NCBI GenBank assembly: GCA_030295235.1 | Contig: AP026127.1 | Location: 186,001 to 250,000 of the forward strand | Source of the DNA: Fistulifera solaris | Lineage: Eukaryota | Direction of reading: 5' to 3' | Length of the DNA stretch: 64,000 nt | The notes under the pieces: generated by a model | The model's database searches: none | What the model was told of the DNA's origin: nothing | Seen by the model: the letters and a program-made list of their open reading frames with translations, nothing else | Shown: positions 23,499 to 36,539 of the stretch, piece after piece | Position numbering within the stretch: position 1 is the first letter of the stretch | Layout of the letters: each line of letters starts with the position of its first letter | Made by a program: the position numbers and the translations under genes

Positions 23499-23906
23499 AA
23501 CAAGGGCGATGGAAAACGAATAACGGGGTGATTTGAAAAAAAAAATAGCGGGGCAATGCGTGCCTTTGAAGGCACAGTTTCGTGATTCGTTCACCACACG
23601 TACTAGTTTTAGAATAGGTCATTAATTTTATTAGATTGATTACATTCTACCTACATCTGCACAATAAACGCGTCATCTCGAGCCTGAATACAACGGAAAG
23701 GAAAAGAAGCAGAGTGTCTTGGAACGCACTTGATAATCGGTTTTGCCCGAGAAATAATTGCACTCGATAGTCCTGTCTATATTCTTCCTGAACAAAAAGG
23801 GAAAGGCAAATGGTTACCTTGCGTATCATCGCATCAACAACACGATTCGAGAATGCATTATAAGATAATATCTCACCAAAAACTCCTTCCCTAGCTCAAT
23901 CTTGTT

Positions 23907-25673
23907 TTATAAGGCGTGCTGTTCGAATTCTTCTCGACTCACAAATTCCACTTGCAAGAGACGACGATCAAACCATCGTCCCGCCAAAGCTTGCGCACAC
24001 ATCGTGGCTTCCGAAACGGTCGCAAATTCACAGTAAATTTGACCGCCGGGTTGATCGGCCAGGACCTTGACCTTTTGTAAGGTACCAAATTTGCGTGATT
24101 CGTCTTCAAAATCCAGTTGAATTTCGTGAGCCCAATTGGGTTCGGTTTCCTGATCTTTATCAAACATGTTCGAGACGTGCAAGTACGGAGTTGGGTGATC
24201 CGCGTTTCCGATTGCCTTCGGGTCCGAAGCTAGGTTCGTAGATGGACTCGTGACCGTCGGTATGACCGGCGCAATAGGAAGATTGGAGCGACTTGCCGCG
24301 ACTGCTGCTAAACTAGCCCGGGCTTCGGCTACAGTGCCGCTGGGAGGCTTGGTTGCGGGCAACGAGGAACCGTTGTAAACATTCGTGCCCAACGTCGGCA
24401 TCAGTCCCAAATTGATTTGACCCAATCTTTGATATGCTTGTTGTGCCTTTTGAGACGCGTTGGCCGGAAATTCATCCGACTGTTCTCCGACGCGCTGTGC
24501 CCAGCCTGTTTTCATGCTACGCCCCAGCAACGTCTGCCCCGACATGGTTTGAATGGCAAGATACGCCGCCGAAGCATCTCCGAACGACAAGAACGCAAAT
24601 CCTTTCGAGATCCCGCTCGACGTCTGCAACGCCACTTTTTGCAACGACCCAAACGGTTCAAAAAGTGCCATCAACTGCTCTTGCGTCACGGCAGGGTCCA
24701 AATTACCAACGTACACGCGCTGCACGTTGGCACTAATGACCGCCGCATCCACAATCAGTGGCTTCGGGGCACTGTAATTCTTTTCCGCTTCACTCGCCTT
24801 GACAAGAATCGGGAATCGCTGAAAATCCGGTGGTTGACCCGACAACGCCACCGCCTTCGGGACATCTTCCAGATGACGCAACTCGACGTAGGCACAGCCT
24901 TTGTGACGACCGGTCTTTTTGTCACGCAACATACTGATATCAACGATGCGGATTCCTTGCTGTTTCAAATAGTGTTTAATGTCGCGTTCGGTCGTGCGCA
25001 TGATGAGTTGATTGATGAAAATCGTGCGCTGATCCTTGGTGAACTCGCTGTTGGCTTCTCGGGAACCCGAAGACAGAATGGAGGAGCGAGACGAAGTGGA
25101 AGATGCCCTGGACAATCCAGACGATGACGAGCGGGACGATCGACTCGAAGACGAATGACTACGACTCGATGACGATGAGCTCGTCGAAGAAGCATCACTG
25201 GACTCTACCGACGATCGAGATCGACTTCGCGACCGACGGGTTCGTCCGAACGGATCCATGTCGCCGGGCAGAGGGCGAGCGGGTCTGCGGTTGTACGGAG
25301 GCGGCGGTCCATGCGAGTAAGGAGGGCCGTAACGAGGACCGTACGGAGGCGGTCCTCGCGGGGAATGACGATCCTCGTGTCGCGCATAGCGTCGATCGTC
25401 CTCGAATCGTCTCCGGTCGTCACGATGATGACGATGATAATCGCGATCATCGCGATGGCGATGGTGATGACGACGATCGGGACGCCGCAAATCATGATGA
25501 CGGCTACTATTATGATGAGGCGGCTTTTTATGCGAATCGTCAGGGTCACTGGATAGACTGCGACGCCGTTCCTCCTGACGCGATTTCAATCGATTGCGTA
25601 AATGGTGTTCCTGCTTCCGTGACGTCAATCGATCCCGCAATTGCTGCTCTTTTTCCTTCAGTTCCTCTGACAT
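23907..25673 (-). CDS. RBM39: Splicing factor RBM39/CAPER-like (RS region, 2 RRM + UHM)
   Basis: R/S/H-rich N-terminus; KDQRTIFINQL...HKGCAYVEL; VKASEAEKN; RVYVGNL...SKGFAFLSF; NMFD...W...LAGRWFDRR UHM. Confidence 0.9.
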   Translation of the reverse strand: MSEELKEKEQQLRDRLTSRKQEHHLRNRLKSRQEERRRSLSSDPDDSHKKPPHHNSSRHHDLRRPDRRHHHRHRDDRDYHRHHRDDRRRFEDDRRYARHEDRHSPRGPPPYGPRYGPPYSHGPPPPYNRRPARPLPGDMDPFGRTRRSRSRSRSSVESSDASSTSSSSSSRSHSSSSRSSRSSSSGLSRASSTSSRSSILSSGSREANSEFTKDQRTIFINQLIMRTTERDIKHYLKQQGIRIVDISMLRDKKTGRHKGCAYVELRHLEDVPKAVALSGQPPDFQRFPILVKASEAEKNYSAPKPLIVDAAVISANVQRVYVGNLDPAVTQEQLMALFEPFGSLQKVALQTSSGISKGFAFLSFGDASAAYLAIQTMSGQTLLGRSMKTGWAQRVGEQSDEFPANASQKAQQAYQRLGQINLGLMPTLGTNVYNGSSLPATKPPSGTVAEARASLAAVAASRSNLPIAPVIPTVTSPSTNLASDPKAIGNADHPTPYLHVSNMFDKDQETEPNWAHEIQLDFEDESRKFGTLQKVKVLADQPGGQIYCEFATVSEATMCAQALAGRWFDRRLLQVEFVSREEFEQHAL

Positions 25674-26179
25674 GATTGATAAGATCGTTTAGCTCTTCAA
25701 ATACACACAAAAAGTAATAAGTAATGTACCTAGGTCCTTTTGTTGCAAATGCAAAAAAAATGCAGACAGCGTGTGTGCGGACCGCGACAGCGCGAAAATA
25801 AAAACACGAACGACCAAGCAAGCGAACGACGACTGCTGCGCGGGGGGTTGAAGTACAGACGGCATTGCAATTCGTGACTTGACAAGTCTTGCTCTAGCTA
25901 CGATTATTTGTCTTTAGTTATGTAAGCCGCAGACCCCTGAAATTTTCTCGTTATTGCCAATATGGTTTGCTATCTTAATTTTTTTGTTTTGAGTTTTCTT
26001 TTACCATATGCCTTTTTTTAGTTTGCAATTGTTATAGTTTCGCGATATCGTCAGACAAGGGACAAGGGAAATGAAGCAAATTCGGAAAACGCGGCAGAAC
26101 CAACCTGCCAAATGATTGCGCCGAGGCAAGCATCGAACGAAATTGTATAGCATATAATCTTACCTTGCACATCTGTTGC

Positions 26180-26803
26180 TTAATAGGGATGATATCCACG
26201 GCCTCGACCTCGTCCCCGTCCTCGACCTCGAAAGCCACCCCGACCGCGGCCTCGTCCTCCGCCCAATTGAAATGCCGGTACATTCACGCGTTTGTGTGTC
26301 ACTTTCAGTTGTCGTCCTTTGAATTCCGATCCATCCATCTTGACCGCGTTTTCGACGGCCGCTTCATTTTGAAATTCCAAGTACGCGAAACCTGCACAAC
26401 AAACATAAAATCATTATTCTTTGTGTTCCATCTACTACCAAAAACATTTTAAGGCCTTACCTTTAGGTCGTCCCGTATATTTATCACACACAATCGTCAC
26501 TCGTTCTACCGTTCCGCATGCATCAAAGTGCTTTAACAATTCTTCCGGTGTCGCGGAATAATCGACTTGACCGACATAGATGCTGCAATTGTCACGAGCG
26601 GGTTTGTTGTCGGCCGATTTGGACACCGTCTTATTGTTCTTATTGTTGTCTTCTTGTTCGAGAGCTTCTGTTTCTTTGGTGATACGAGCGGCTTCTTCTT
26701 CCATGCGAGCAATTTCGGCTTGTAATTTTTCCAAGTCTTCTTCATCGTCTTCCTCGTCCTCCTCCAAATTCGTAGTGGGATCTTCTTCTTCGTCTTGCGG
26801 CAT
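26180..26803 (-). CDS. PABPN1: Nuclear poly(A)-binding protein 2; intron 26392-26460
   Basis: Acidic coiled coil (RMEEEAA); [19 protein letters not shown]...[29 protein letters not shown]-rich tail ending YHPY; GTAAG...CAG intron. Confidence 0.93.
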
Positions 26804-27287
26804 TGTTGTGTATTTCGCTAGTTCTTTGAAGTAAAAGAAGAGTGCGGTGAAAGACTCGTGCAGAACCTACTGAATTGACTGGTTCCGATGTCCGATGATA
26901 AACATCAATGCGTTCACCTCGGCGTTTTTGCTGCGTCTTTTATTTGTTGCGGGCGCGGATACCGGTCGACGGATGCACCAAAAATATACAAACGCTAAGA
27001 CTAGAACACGTTTTTTTATCATGTGCTTCCACTTGGAAACTCCACAGCCAAAACGCAAAGGAGGACAGACGCTCGGCCGACAACTTCAACTTCTTTGCGG
27101 TTTCGTTGATGCGCGGAGATTTTGCCTGTTTGGATGATGATGGATGTTGCCATTGCTATAAAGAAACTATTACTTCATTCTTGCATCGGATTTCGTAGTT
27201 CTAGAAGAGAAAAAATCTTTCGTGTGACGCATCATTTGTTTTCCGATTAGAAATTCGAGACTGCAGACAAATCTTACCTGTAGAAAC

Positions 27288-28691
27288 ATGAGAACGATTC
27301 CCCGCATCGCTCTCGGCATCTTCCTTGCCGGAAATACTCACGCATGGGTGACACCGCGCGTCATGGTATCGCCGGTCAAATCACCGGCCACACAACTCTC
27401 CATGGGTCCCAATGAATTCATGTCCGCCCTGACCGATGCCGCCACGACGACATCATCGATGCAGGACTATTTTTCGTCGTCCACCGTCTTTCTCGCCGAT
27501 GGTGAAGCGACGGGATGGTGGGGTAGTTTCATCAATATTTTCAAAATTGGATTAGAAGCCGTCCATTCGACCATCAATCCATTGTTGCAAAGCATGGGTG
27601 TCGAATACACGTGGGGTATTTCGATTGCCGTCTTTACATTCTGTACGTACTGATTTGTCCGGTGTCGACGTATCATCAAAGCTTATACTTTGTTTCTCAC
27701 CTTTGCATTACCAATCTATTCTTCCTTCTCTAGTATGTCGTTTGGCTCTCGTCCCGCTTTCCATTCAACAGTCCCAAAGCGCCGAATACATGAAGTTGTT
27801 GCGTCCGTACACGGCACAGATCAAAGAACGACTCAAGGACAATCAAGACGCTCAAAATCGGGCCATTGGAAAACTGTACGAGGATGCCAAACAAAATCCA
27901 TTGGCTGGATGCTTTGTATCGTTGGCGCAATTACCGATTTTCTTGGGACTCTATCGCGGCGTGCGCATGTTGGCGGTCGAAGGAGAATTGCAAGAACCCT
28001 TTCTGTGGATTCCTTCCTTGGAAGGACCGGTCAGTGCACCTGATTTCCGTGGCCTCGATTGGTTGTTAAAAGGATGGGACTTTTCGGCCAATGGACCGGT
28101 TCCGCCATTGGGTTGGGAAACGACGCTGGCCTTTTGCTCATGCCAGTGATATTGGTCGTATTGCAAGGCTTGACGATGCGTGTTTTGACACCTGCACCCG
28201 ACAGCAACATGTCCGAGGAAGAGAAGCAAACGTTTGAACAAACACAAAACATTATGAAATTCTTGCCGCTTATGATTGGTTTCTTCTCGACACAAGTTCC
28301 GGCGGGTTTGACGATTTATTGGTTCATGTCCAACTTGTTCACGCTCAGTCAGTCTCTTGCCGTTCGAGCGTACTTTGCAGCAAATCCACCGAAAATTGAA
28401 TTGCCGGAATATTGGGAGAATCTCGACAGCCAAAAGGACTTCAAAGACATGACACCGGAAGAACGAAAACAAGCCATGGAAGCTGGCATTCGTGTGGGGC
28501 CGACCATGGATGAATTGGCCGATGAAGCTCGATTTCATGTGCACATTGAGCGACGTCCGTTCCGGGAAGAAACCAAAGCATGGAAAGAGAGGGCTGCTAA
28601 TGCACAAATACCGAAAGAACTGGCTAGCTGGGCTGCAGCGTCGTCGAGTAATGTGCTAATGGAGTCGAAGGTGCAACAAGAGGCAAGCTGA
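27288..28691 (+). CDS. ALB3: Plastid ALB3 (YidC/Oxa1 family) membrane insertase; intron 27643-27733; 1-nt frameshift at T-run 28132-28135
   Basis: Bipartite presequence (THA-WVTP); WGISIAVFT; NPLAGCFVSLAQLPIFLGLYR; FLWIPSLEGPV; KFLPLMIGFFS..VPAGLTIYWF. Confidence 0.92.
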
Positions 28692-29349
28692 ATGGACGAA
28701 CAACTGAATGAATAAAAAAATTTTCTAAAAAAAAAAATAATGAACCTGATAATGATGGTCTACCCGTCGCTCGTCGTATGTTGTACAATACGTCTACGAG
28801 TTACTACAAGTACGTACCGTACCTAGAATTTCCATTTCGCAGTTCGCATTTGAGCTCTTGATTCATTAAGCCCCATAGGAATGCACTAGACATTGTACTC
28901 TGTTGACAAGAAAACGAAGACGAAGCTTTTGACTAATAAAGCAACACAGAACACAGAAGGTAAGAGGCAAAACGGCAAAACCGTATTCTGTGCATTCTTC
29001 ATTCCCATTCCCGAAGTTGGTGGCATCTCCGTGGCATCATTCTTCATTCCGGTGCAATGACGTTGGAAAACGACTCGAGACTGCAAAGTCGAAAAATTGA
29101 TGTTTGTCCCTTCTTCAGGACTGCTAGTGCATCCCCGAGTTGTTCGCATTATCTGTCATTCCTCAATTTACGCATTCCTAGGCCGCAATTTTCCTTGATA
29201 GCACACTGCAGAGCATTGAATTCTCGTTGCTTTGATTAAATCACAAATAGCTTAAACGAAAAATGAATGTTTATGTACTAAAATAGCATAAAATTTCTTG
29301 TAGCATTGTCGTTCGGCGGCTAAGGAAACATGGCAGGACTGTTGTCTCT

Positions 29350-29847
29350 TTAATTGATGTATGAGTATCCGAAGGGGGTAATATCGCACTTCCCTTCGAG
29401 ACAGCGTTGCATGTGATTGAAAAATTCAACGCCTAGAAGCGCCTCCAGTCTTGTTTCAATGGCGTTCTTGAGGGGCACGAAGCGCCCGTCGCCTTGACGG
29501 TTGTTTTGAACACATCGTTGAATGACTTGTTTGGTCTTCTCGAGAAGCTCGATATTATACGAGCGTTCCAAGTACAGCAAGATCATCTTGATCAAGAGAA
29601 GAAACTTTTCGCGCTCGGTAATCATTCTTCGTCTGCGCTGCTGATGTCCAAGAGGAGACCGCATCGATGGCATGGGGTCCGCGAAGGTCGACTGCACGAG
29701 TGGCGGTGCGGCCACCGATTGTGGAGGAAAAAGGAGCTGAGGATCGATAGTCATGAACGATAAGTTAGGAAAGGTTGAATACATTGGAGTGGCTTGCTCA
29801 ATGGTGCTGCGTGTGGGTGTAATTCGGCACATGGGTGAAAAGATCAT
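29350..29847 (-). CDS. Hypothetical protein with a small helical domain (EREKFLLLIK...)
   Basis: 165-aa ORF with a low-complexity N-terminus and an amphipathic helical C-terminal domain of a kind I recall from other diatom hypothetical proteins. Confidence 0.65.
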   Translation of the reverse strand: MIFSPMCRITPTRSTIEQATPMYSTFPNLSFMTIDPQLLFPPQSVAAPPLVQSTFADPMPSMRSPLGHQQRRRRMITEREKFLLLIKMILLYLERSYNIELLEKTKQVIQRCVQNNRQGDGRFVPLKNAIETRLEALLGVEFFNHMQRCLEGKCDITPFGYSYIN

Positions 29848-30449
29848 GTTCTGGTGGAATGGATTTGTGAGGGGAGGATTGTCGAGAGAAATTGGCCGTA
29901 ATCCGAAGTCGCCCCACCAACCACCAATAGTGTGCTCGGTTTTGTTATAAAGAGCAAAAGGTACTATGGTCTACAAAGTGCAGTGCTTGTTCAATATTCG
30001 GATTTGGGGTACAAACGAGAAGAGTGAAGAGCCCCCTTCCGAACCACATCAGTTTTCTATACTGTGGAGTGACATTTCCGATCCCAGTTTCGTTTTATTG
30101 ACAACTTGTTCGCATTTCGTACGTGGAACTTGGAATAACGAACGAACAAGTACGTAGTAGTGAAATGACGTTCGTCGTTCGTCGTAGACTACAATTCCCT
30201 CGTAGTATGTGCCATACGACTCAAAAATTATGAGTCCCTTACCATTCATGACACAGTTTTGTGAGTCATGAATTGAATCTTCAACGCGATGACGCTTTCG
30301 TCGCCGCACGGAAACAACGCCATTTGGCGGCGGAGCGTTGACTTTATAAACAACGGATTATAGCTATACAATCACCTTATTCAGTCCTCTTGCTGCGCTG
30401 TCGAAGCCAATTCTAATGAGAGTAATTTGACGGGGAAGAGGCTCTCAAG

Positions 30450-31112
30450 ATGGCAAAGCGAACGTTCTTAGTCTTAATTCTATCGGTGGCATCATCGATG
30501 CTAGCGACTACTGCACTCAACGAGGACGCAGATTTTGTCGGATATATGGAAAATTTGGAGCAAATGGAAAGAGAGCGGGAACGTATAAATAAAATGTTGG
30601 AAGAGCATGAGGTATGTTCGAAGTTTTCAAAGAATGCTACGCTGTCGTCGTACGTTTATCTGTTTGGAATAGCGCTCACGCTCTAACCTTACGGATTATT
30701 TTAGTTATGGCGACAAACAACATGGGGAGGATATGCCGTGCGTCAAGTTCAAGCTCTAGGGAAGCATTTCGAACCCTTCTTTCTCGCAGTGAGTGACGCC
30801 ATGAATAGTGAAGGTTCGGAACCAACTCGACTTCTAATCCTAATTACGATTCGAATTATTGTGATTTCCATATGCATTGGGATGGTTTATGCGGTCGGCT
30901 CAATCATCAACATGATTACTGGAAAAGAAATCATAATCGAAGAAACGGTCGTAGTAGACGATGCCCCATCCAAGTTGAATGAAGCGCACAAAAAGGAGGA
31001 GAAGCGTCGAGGAGCCCGTCAAAAGAAAAAAGTCAAACTAAGAAGAATGCTACACATCGTATCGGCTGAGAGCTGCACGCGATTTCCTGCTAAAATTTTT
31101 TGGTCGTTATAA
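30450..31112 (+). CDS. Small signal-peptide membrane protein; intron 30612-30704
   Basis: Hydrophobic N-terminus; GTATG...CTAAC...TAG intron joins exon 1 in frame to ORF 30738-31112 (LWRQTTWGGYAVRQV); internal TM segment. Confidence 0.7.
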
Positions 31113-31831
31113 GTTATCATCGTAAATGTTCACTTATCAACATACTTACTTGCCCACCGAGTCGATCTCACGCAGCAGAACATTTGGACCATTGCTTTCG
31201 TCAATCCACCCATCCTTAGTTTTGTAATGGATAGCCTTCCAGCGCGCTCTTTTTTCGCCGTACGTCCGCGAGCACCTCCTCTGTGGATTTCGTCGCCAGG
31301 TTCGTGAGCTAGATAGCGAGGATAGCGACGACGATGCGCAACTCCTCGCAGAATGCGCAGGAAAGATCGTAGCTTTTTCGACCTGCACCAGCCTCAGCCT
31401 TGCTTGCCGAACGGCTCTTGGAAGAGCGACTTGCCATTTGGAATTTGTCTAATGCTCTTCGCGCTGAACGACGCTAAAGTGTAAAAAAGCTTATCTTACA
31501 GCTTATAGTTCATGCAGGTAACATTTCATTTTTCGTAGTTGAGCGTTGTATTGCATCATATCAGGTAATCTCGTTGGTAGAGACCGGCATGACGCCGCTC
31601 GCGTAGTTTGGAGCCCAGTAGAAAAAATGCCTTGTGTGGGGCCGTAGTAAACGGAACAGATGTGGGACTGGTTGCTATGACGTCATGCGTGAATGAACAG
31701 GTTCTGAGCTCAACCAAAACCGAACGAGCCATTCAAAAAGATTGCCCGTCGTTGTCGATATTTTTTTCTTCTTTGGGAAACCACTGTATTACAACGAATG
31801 TATTACCCACTCGAAATACAACGCAGCAACT

Positions 31832-34800
31832 ATGGTCCGCAAACGTTTAGATGATCGTCTTCGTAATCTATTGGAGCGCTCCATGGTCACCCGCCAAAGA
31901 TCCATGCTGGTTTTGGTAGGAGACTATGGCAAAGATCAAATACCCAATCTACATCGCATTCTATCACAAAGCAGCATGCAAAATCCGAGCGTCCTTTGGT
32001 GTTACAAGAAAGATTTAGGATTTAGCACGCATCAACAAAAGCGCATGAAGAAATTGAAGAAACAAGCGCAGCGCGGTCTTCTCAATGACACCGAACAGGC
32101 CTTTGATCTCTTTGTCAAGCAAGCGCCGATTACTTGGTGTTATTACAAAGACAGTCATCGCGTACTGGGAACGACTGTTAAATTGCTTGTTTTGCAAGAC
32201 TTCGAGGCGCTCACACCGAACCTTATGGCCCGAACCATTGAAACTGTCAGCGGCGGGGGTCTCGTCGTCTTTTTGCTAAAAACGGTCAACAGTTTGAAGC
32301 AGTTGTATCAAATGTCGATGGATGTGCACAGTCGCTATCGAACCGAGTCACAAGCTGATTTGCAGCCACGCTTCAACGAACGATTTCTCCTCAGTCTGGC
32401 CGACAATCCTGCATGCTTGGTGTGTGATGACGAATTGAATGTCTTGCCGTTGAGTGGCAAGACATTGAAGCAATTGAGTCAAAAATCGTACGCCAAGGGC
32501 GACGCTGGACAGGTTATTCTAGAGGATACACCAGAAGACGAAGAGCTGAGAAGTTTGCAAGAGTCGCTTGCTGATACACCGCACATTGGCGTTTTGGTAG
32601 GGCAGACCAAAACAATGGACCAAGCCCAGGCCGTTTTGCAGTTTTTGGATGCTTGTACCGAAAAGCAATTGCGAAGAACGTTAGCTATGACTGCAGCTCG
32701 AGGACGTGGTAAATCTGCGGCAATGGGACTGAGTTTGGCAGGGGCCTTGGCGTTGGGGTACTCTACAATTGCGGTAACTGCACCAGAACCAGAAAATCTT
32801 GTCGCCGTTTTCAACTTTGTGATTCAAGGATTGAATGAGCTGAAGTACCAAGAACACATCGACTACAACGTCGTTTACAATCAAGCATCGGGTCGCGATG
32901 AAATCAAATGCGTTTTGTCGATACAGCTACACAGAACCCATCGCCAGATGATTCAGTACGTCCCACCGTCCGCCGTCGACCAATTTAAAAGTGCGGAGAT
33001 TATAGCTATTGACGAAGCGGCAGCGATCCCTTTACCGATTGTGAAGTCTCTGCTTCCAGTTGAAGGATGAGCGTTTGGTGTGGTTGAGTTCAACTATTAA
33101 TGGGTACGAAGGTACAGGGCGAGCCCTCAGCTTGAAGTTAATACACGAGTTGAGGGAGCAAAGCAAAAGCAACGCGGCGCAGGCTGCAGCAAACGCGATA
33201 GTCGGACCGAAAAGAGGAAAAGGCGAAGCCAAGGTTCATGAGCAACGATGGGCTGCGGCGGCACAAGCTGCCTCAGATCAACCCGCAGGTTCTCTCGTTG
33301 AGATCGAATTGACAACTCCTATCCGATACGCGCCGGGAGATTATGTAGAGAAGTGGCTGAATAAATTGCTGTGTCTCGAATCGACAGCTGGAAGTCTCAA
33401 ATTAAGTGGCGGGGCGCCAGCACCAGATCATTGCGAGCTGTATAGTGTTGATCGAGATGCACTTTTCTCCTATCACAAATTGTCCGAGGCATTTTTACAA
33501 AAGATCATGGGACTGTATACAAGCGCTCACTACAAGAATACGCCGAATGATTTGCAATTGCTCAGTGATGCTCCTGCTCATGCACTGTTTGTACTACTTT
33601 CTCCAAATGCGGAAAAGGATTCTGATTCGCTTCCCGATGTCCTCGCTGTTATTCAAGTGGCTATGGAAGGACAGATATCACGCAAGGCGGTCGAGGCTCA
33701 ATTGGCTCGTGGACATCGCAGTGCCGGTGATTTGATCCCCTGGACTCTCGCTCAACAGTTTGGAGATTCCAAATTCGCTCAGTTGAGTGGTGCACGAATA
33801 GTGCGCATAGCCACCATCCTTCTGTGCAAGGAATGGGATACGGAACACACGCCATGAACTTGCTGTATCGCTTTTATAATGGTGAAATGATTTCGTTGGC
33901 AAATCATGTGGAAGATGATAGTGAGGATGGCGGCGATGATGCTTCGATGGACGAAGATGAAAGCGACGACGAAACAGGAGCTGTTGAGACAAGTGGCTTA
34001 CAACAGGAAAGGCTAAAGCCTCGGAAGGAAATCCCACCCTTACTTCTGCCACTGACCGAGATTGATGCGCCGCGATTGGACTGGATCGGCACTTCGTTTG
34101 GCCTGACGTTACAGCTTCATAAATTCTGGACGAGGGCGGGCATGCGATTGCTGTACTTGCGTCAAACTCAGAACGAGCTTACTGGCGAACACTCCGCAAT
34201 TATGGTTCGTACTCTTTCCAAGCGCACTGGCTTCGACGATTCCTGGCTCGACGCATTTTCCAGTGACACCCGGCGCCGTATGATTTCATTGTTGGGAGGA
34301 TCTTTTCGCGATATTGAAGTTCGACTGGCACTTTCTTTGCTGGAAAACTTTGGTCGTACCCAAGGGACGAAGAAATCGATTCAAGAGCGTGCGGGTGCGT
34401 TCGGCGGAAAAATTTCTATTCAAGAACTAGACTTACTTTTGACACCACATGATCTGAAACGTTTGGAGCTCTATGGAAGAAATCTATGCGATCATCATTT
34501 GGTTACCGATTTGCTTCCAACTCTGGCTCGTCTCTATTTCTCTGAGCGATTTGGATCTGATTTCGCACTTTCGGGAGTACAGGCGGCTCTGCTTTGCGGC
34601 ACAGGCCTGCAGGCCAAGTCCGTGGAGCAATTGAGCAACGAGCTTGGTCTACCGGTTAACCAAGCATTGGCCATGTTTAACAAGGCTATCCGAAAGCTCT
34701 CCATCACTTTAAATGGCATTGCACTCGAGCAAGAGAAAGAAGATATTTTGAAGAAGCAAGAGGTGGCTGCCGGAACAACCGAGCGACTGCGTGATGTGGC

Positions 34801-35131
34801 ACGGCAAACGCTCGAGGAAGACTTGTCCGACGGCGCCGACGAAGCTCTGGATGCTCTCAACGCTTCGAACAATCTTCCTCCTGAGATTTCGCAAGATCCC
34901 GAATTGATGCAATATGCGATTAAGGGTTCCACGAAACAATGGGAGAAAGCTTTGGACGGTAAAGACGTCAAGGATGGAACAGTCGTAATACAATCGGTGC
35001 GCGAGAAACGCAAGATATCCGATGATGACGTTGAAAAGGAGGCGTCGAAGGACAAGCTTTTGAAAGACAAGGGCAAGAAGAAAGATTCAGGTAACAAGAA
35101 CAAGAAGAAAAACAAGCGGGCTAAAAACTAA
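31832..35131 (+). CDS. NAT10: RNA cytidine acetyltransferase NAT10/Kre33 (frameshifts near 33060 and 33813)
   Basis: MVRKRLDDR, VLWCYKKDLGFSTH, LQDFEALTPNLMARTIETVSGGG, Walker A TAARGRGKSAA, IDEAAAIP, SSTINGYEGTGR, HYKNTPNDLQLLSDAP. Restoring one C gives RIATHPSVQGMGYG. Confidence 0.96.
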
Positions 35132-35604
35132 GGGAGTAGTTCTACATTGTGTGAGTAGGAAAAATGCAATAGCTAGTAGTTAGTGGGAGTGCGCTATTTG
35201 GAAAAATAGTTTTACCGGTTTGTCAAGTGATATATCGCTTGTCGTCGACCTTATCTCATGTTTCTTCTTTCGCCAGAGAAATTGATGAGAAAGAGGTGTA
35301 CCTAGACTCATTTTTTACAAGATGTTGCGTGTCGACCGTATTCGTGACTCGAAAAGCCCGTGTTTTATTTCCGGGCTCAGATATACTACTTCCTGCAGTA
35401 CAGTGCGTTCTTATGACGTCACGAGGTGTCACCTTCGCGCCGAAACAGAACAAAAAGCAAACCGAAGCTCGATCGACTATGATGAGAGGCATTCTAATAA
35501 AACTTGAAATCGACGGTGAAAGATTCTTTCTCTCGTTTTCTTTACACTGTCTTCGTTATTGCTTTAGCCGCTCGAGATTAAAAGGATCATTCATTACTGC
35601 GAAA

Positions 35605-36539
35605 ATGATTCCTGTTGAAGATATATTGAAGAGTGAAAGCCAAGAGCTCATCGTGCGATTCTTCAAGGATCGTCGCGTCGACGACGTTCGCGTATGTGGT
35701 TACAGTCATCCCCTTCTCTTCGCAGCTCGAGAAGGCCTCTACCAACTCGCTTTTGTTTTGGTCAACAATGGAGCAGATGTTGATGTCTGTGACATGGCCG
35801 GTAGTACGCCCCTCTGTCATGCCGTCTTCCGAAAGAACACGGCCCTTGCAGAATTGTTGTTGCGTCACGGAGCCGATGTCGATCACTCCAACTGGAAGGG
35901 AAAATCGCCGCTGTACTTGGCGATTCTCAACAATGATCCCGAAATGGTCGAGTTGCTGTTGCGTTACAACGCAAACATGAATCAAATTGTGAATTGGTGG
36001 TTAGGGAAGTGTCAAGTCAACGACGTGGACGGTCCGTTGATCTTTTCGCTCTCGATAGTCGACGGAGTAAGGCCGCTCGAGCCATGCTGCAAAGTCCGAA
36101 GCTGGATGTCACAGTTCGGGATTCGTTAGATCGCACGCTACTGATGCGAGCCATGGGCTCCGCGATCCCTGTGGACGTGTTTGAACTAATATTACGGAAC
36201 CCAAAGACGGATGTGGAAGCACTCGACATGGACCACGAGTTTCCCTTACAGACTGCGGTGTATCGCAATCAAGTCGACCGTGTGCGATTACTCCTGGATC
36301 GGGGTGCGAATCCGTTTCGGAGCCTCGGTGGCATATCGGTATTCGAGTTTACGTGTCAGCAATCCAGTCTGTCGATGGTGTACGAAATGGTACGATCGAG
36401 ACCGCAGCAGTGGGTTTTACACGAGAAATATACGGTGGAATCATCAAAAGTACGTACGACATGCTTTCATCCGATTGCCGTCGTCAGTGTGGCTCTCGTC
36501 GGCGCGGGCTTGACACTTGTGCAACGATTTCGGGAGTGA
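35605..36539 (+). CDS. Ankyrin-repeat protein with C-terminal hydrophobic tail (frameshift near 36050-36070)
   Basis: GSTPLCHAV...LLLRHGADVD, GKSPLYLAI...LLLRYNANMN, DRTLLMRA, FPLQTAV...LLLDRGANP. Confidence 0.85.

Noticed and set aside
33068..33070. TGA in NAT10 (and TGA at 10645 and 61721) as further selenocysteine codons
   Set aside because: Homology continues in a different frame, the positions are not catalytic Cys, and no SECIS was seen; these are frameshift by-products.
2730..35131. Programmed ribosomal frameshifting as explanation for split SHQ1, ALB3 and NAT10
   Set aside because: No shared slippery motif or direction; breaks fall mostly on ordinary homopolymers, typical of sequencing error.
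23907..35131. Functional cluster of RNA-processing genes (RBM39, PABPN1, NAT10)
   Set aside because: Interspersed with unrelated genes; plausible by chance in a compact genome.
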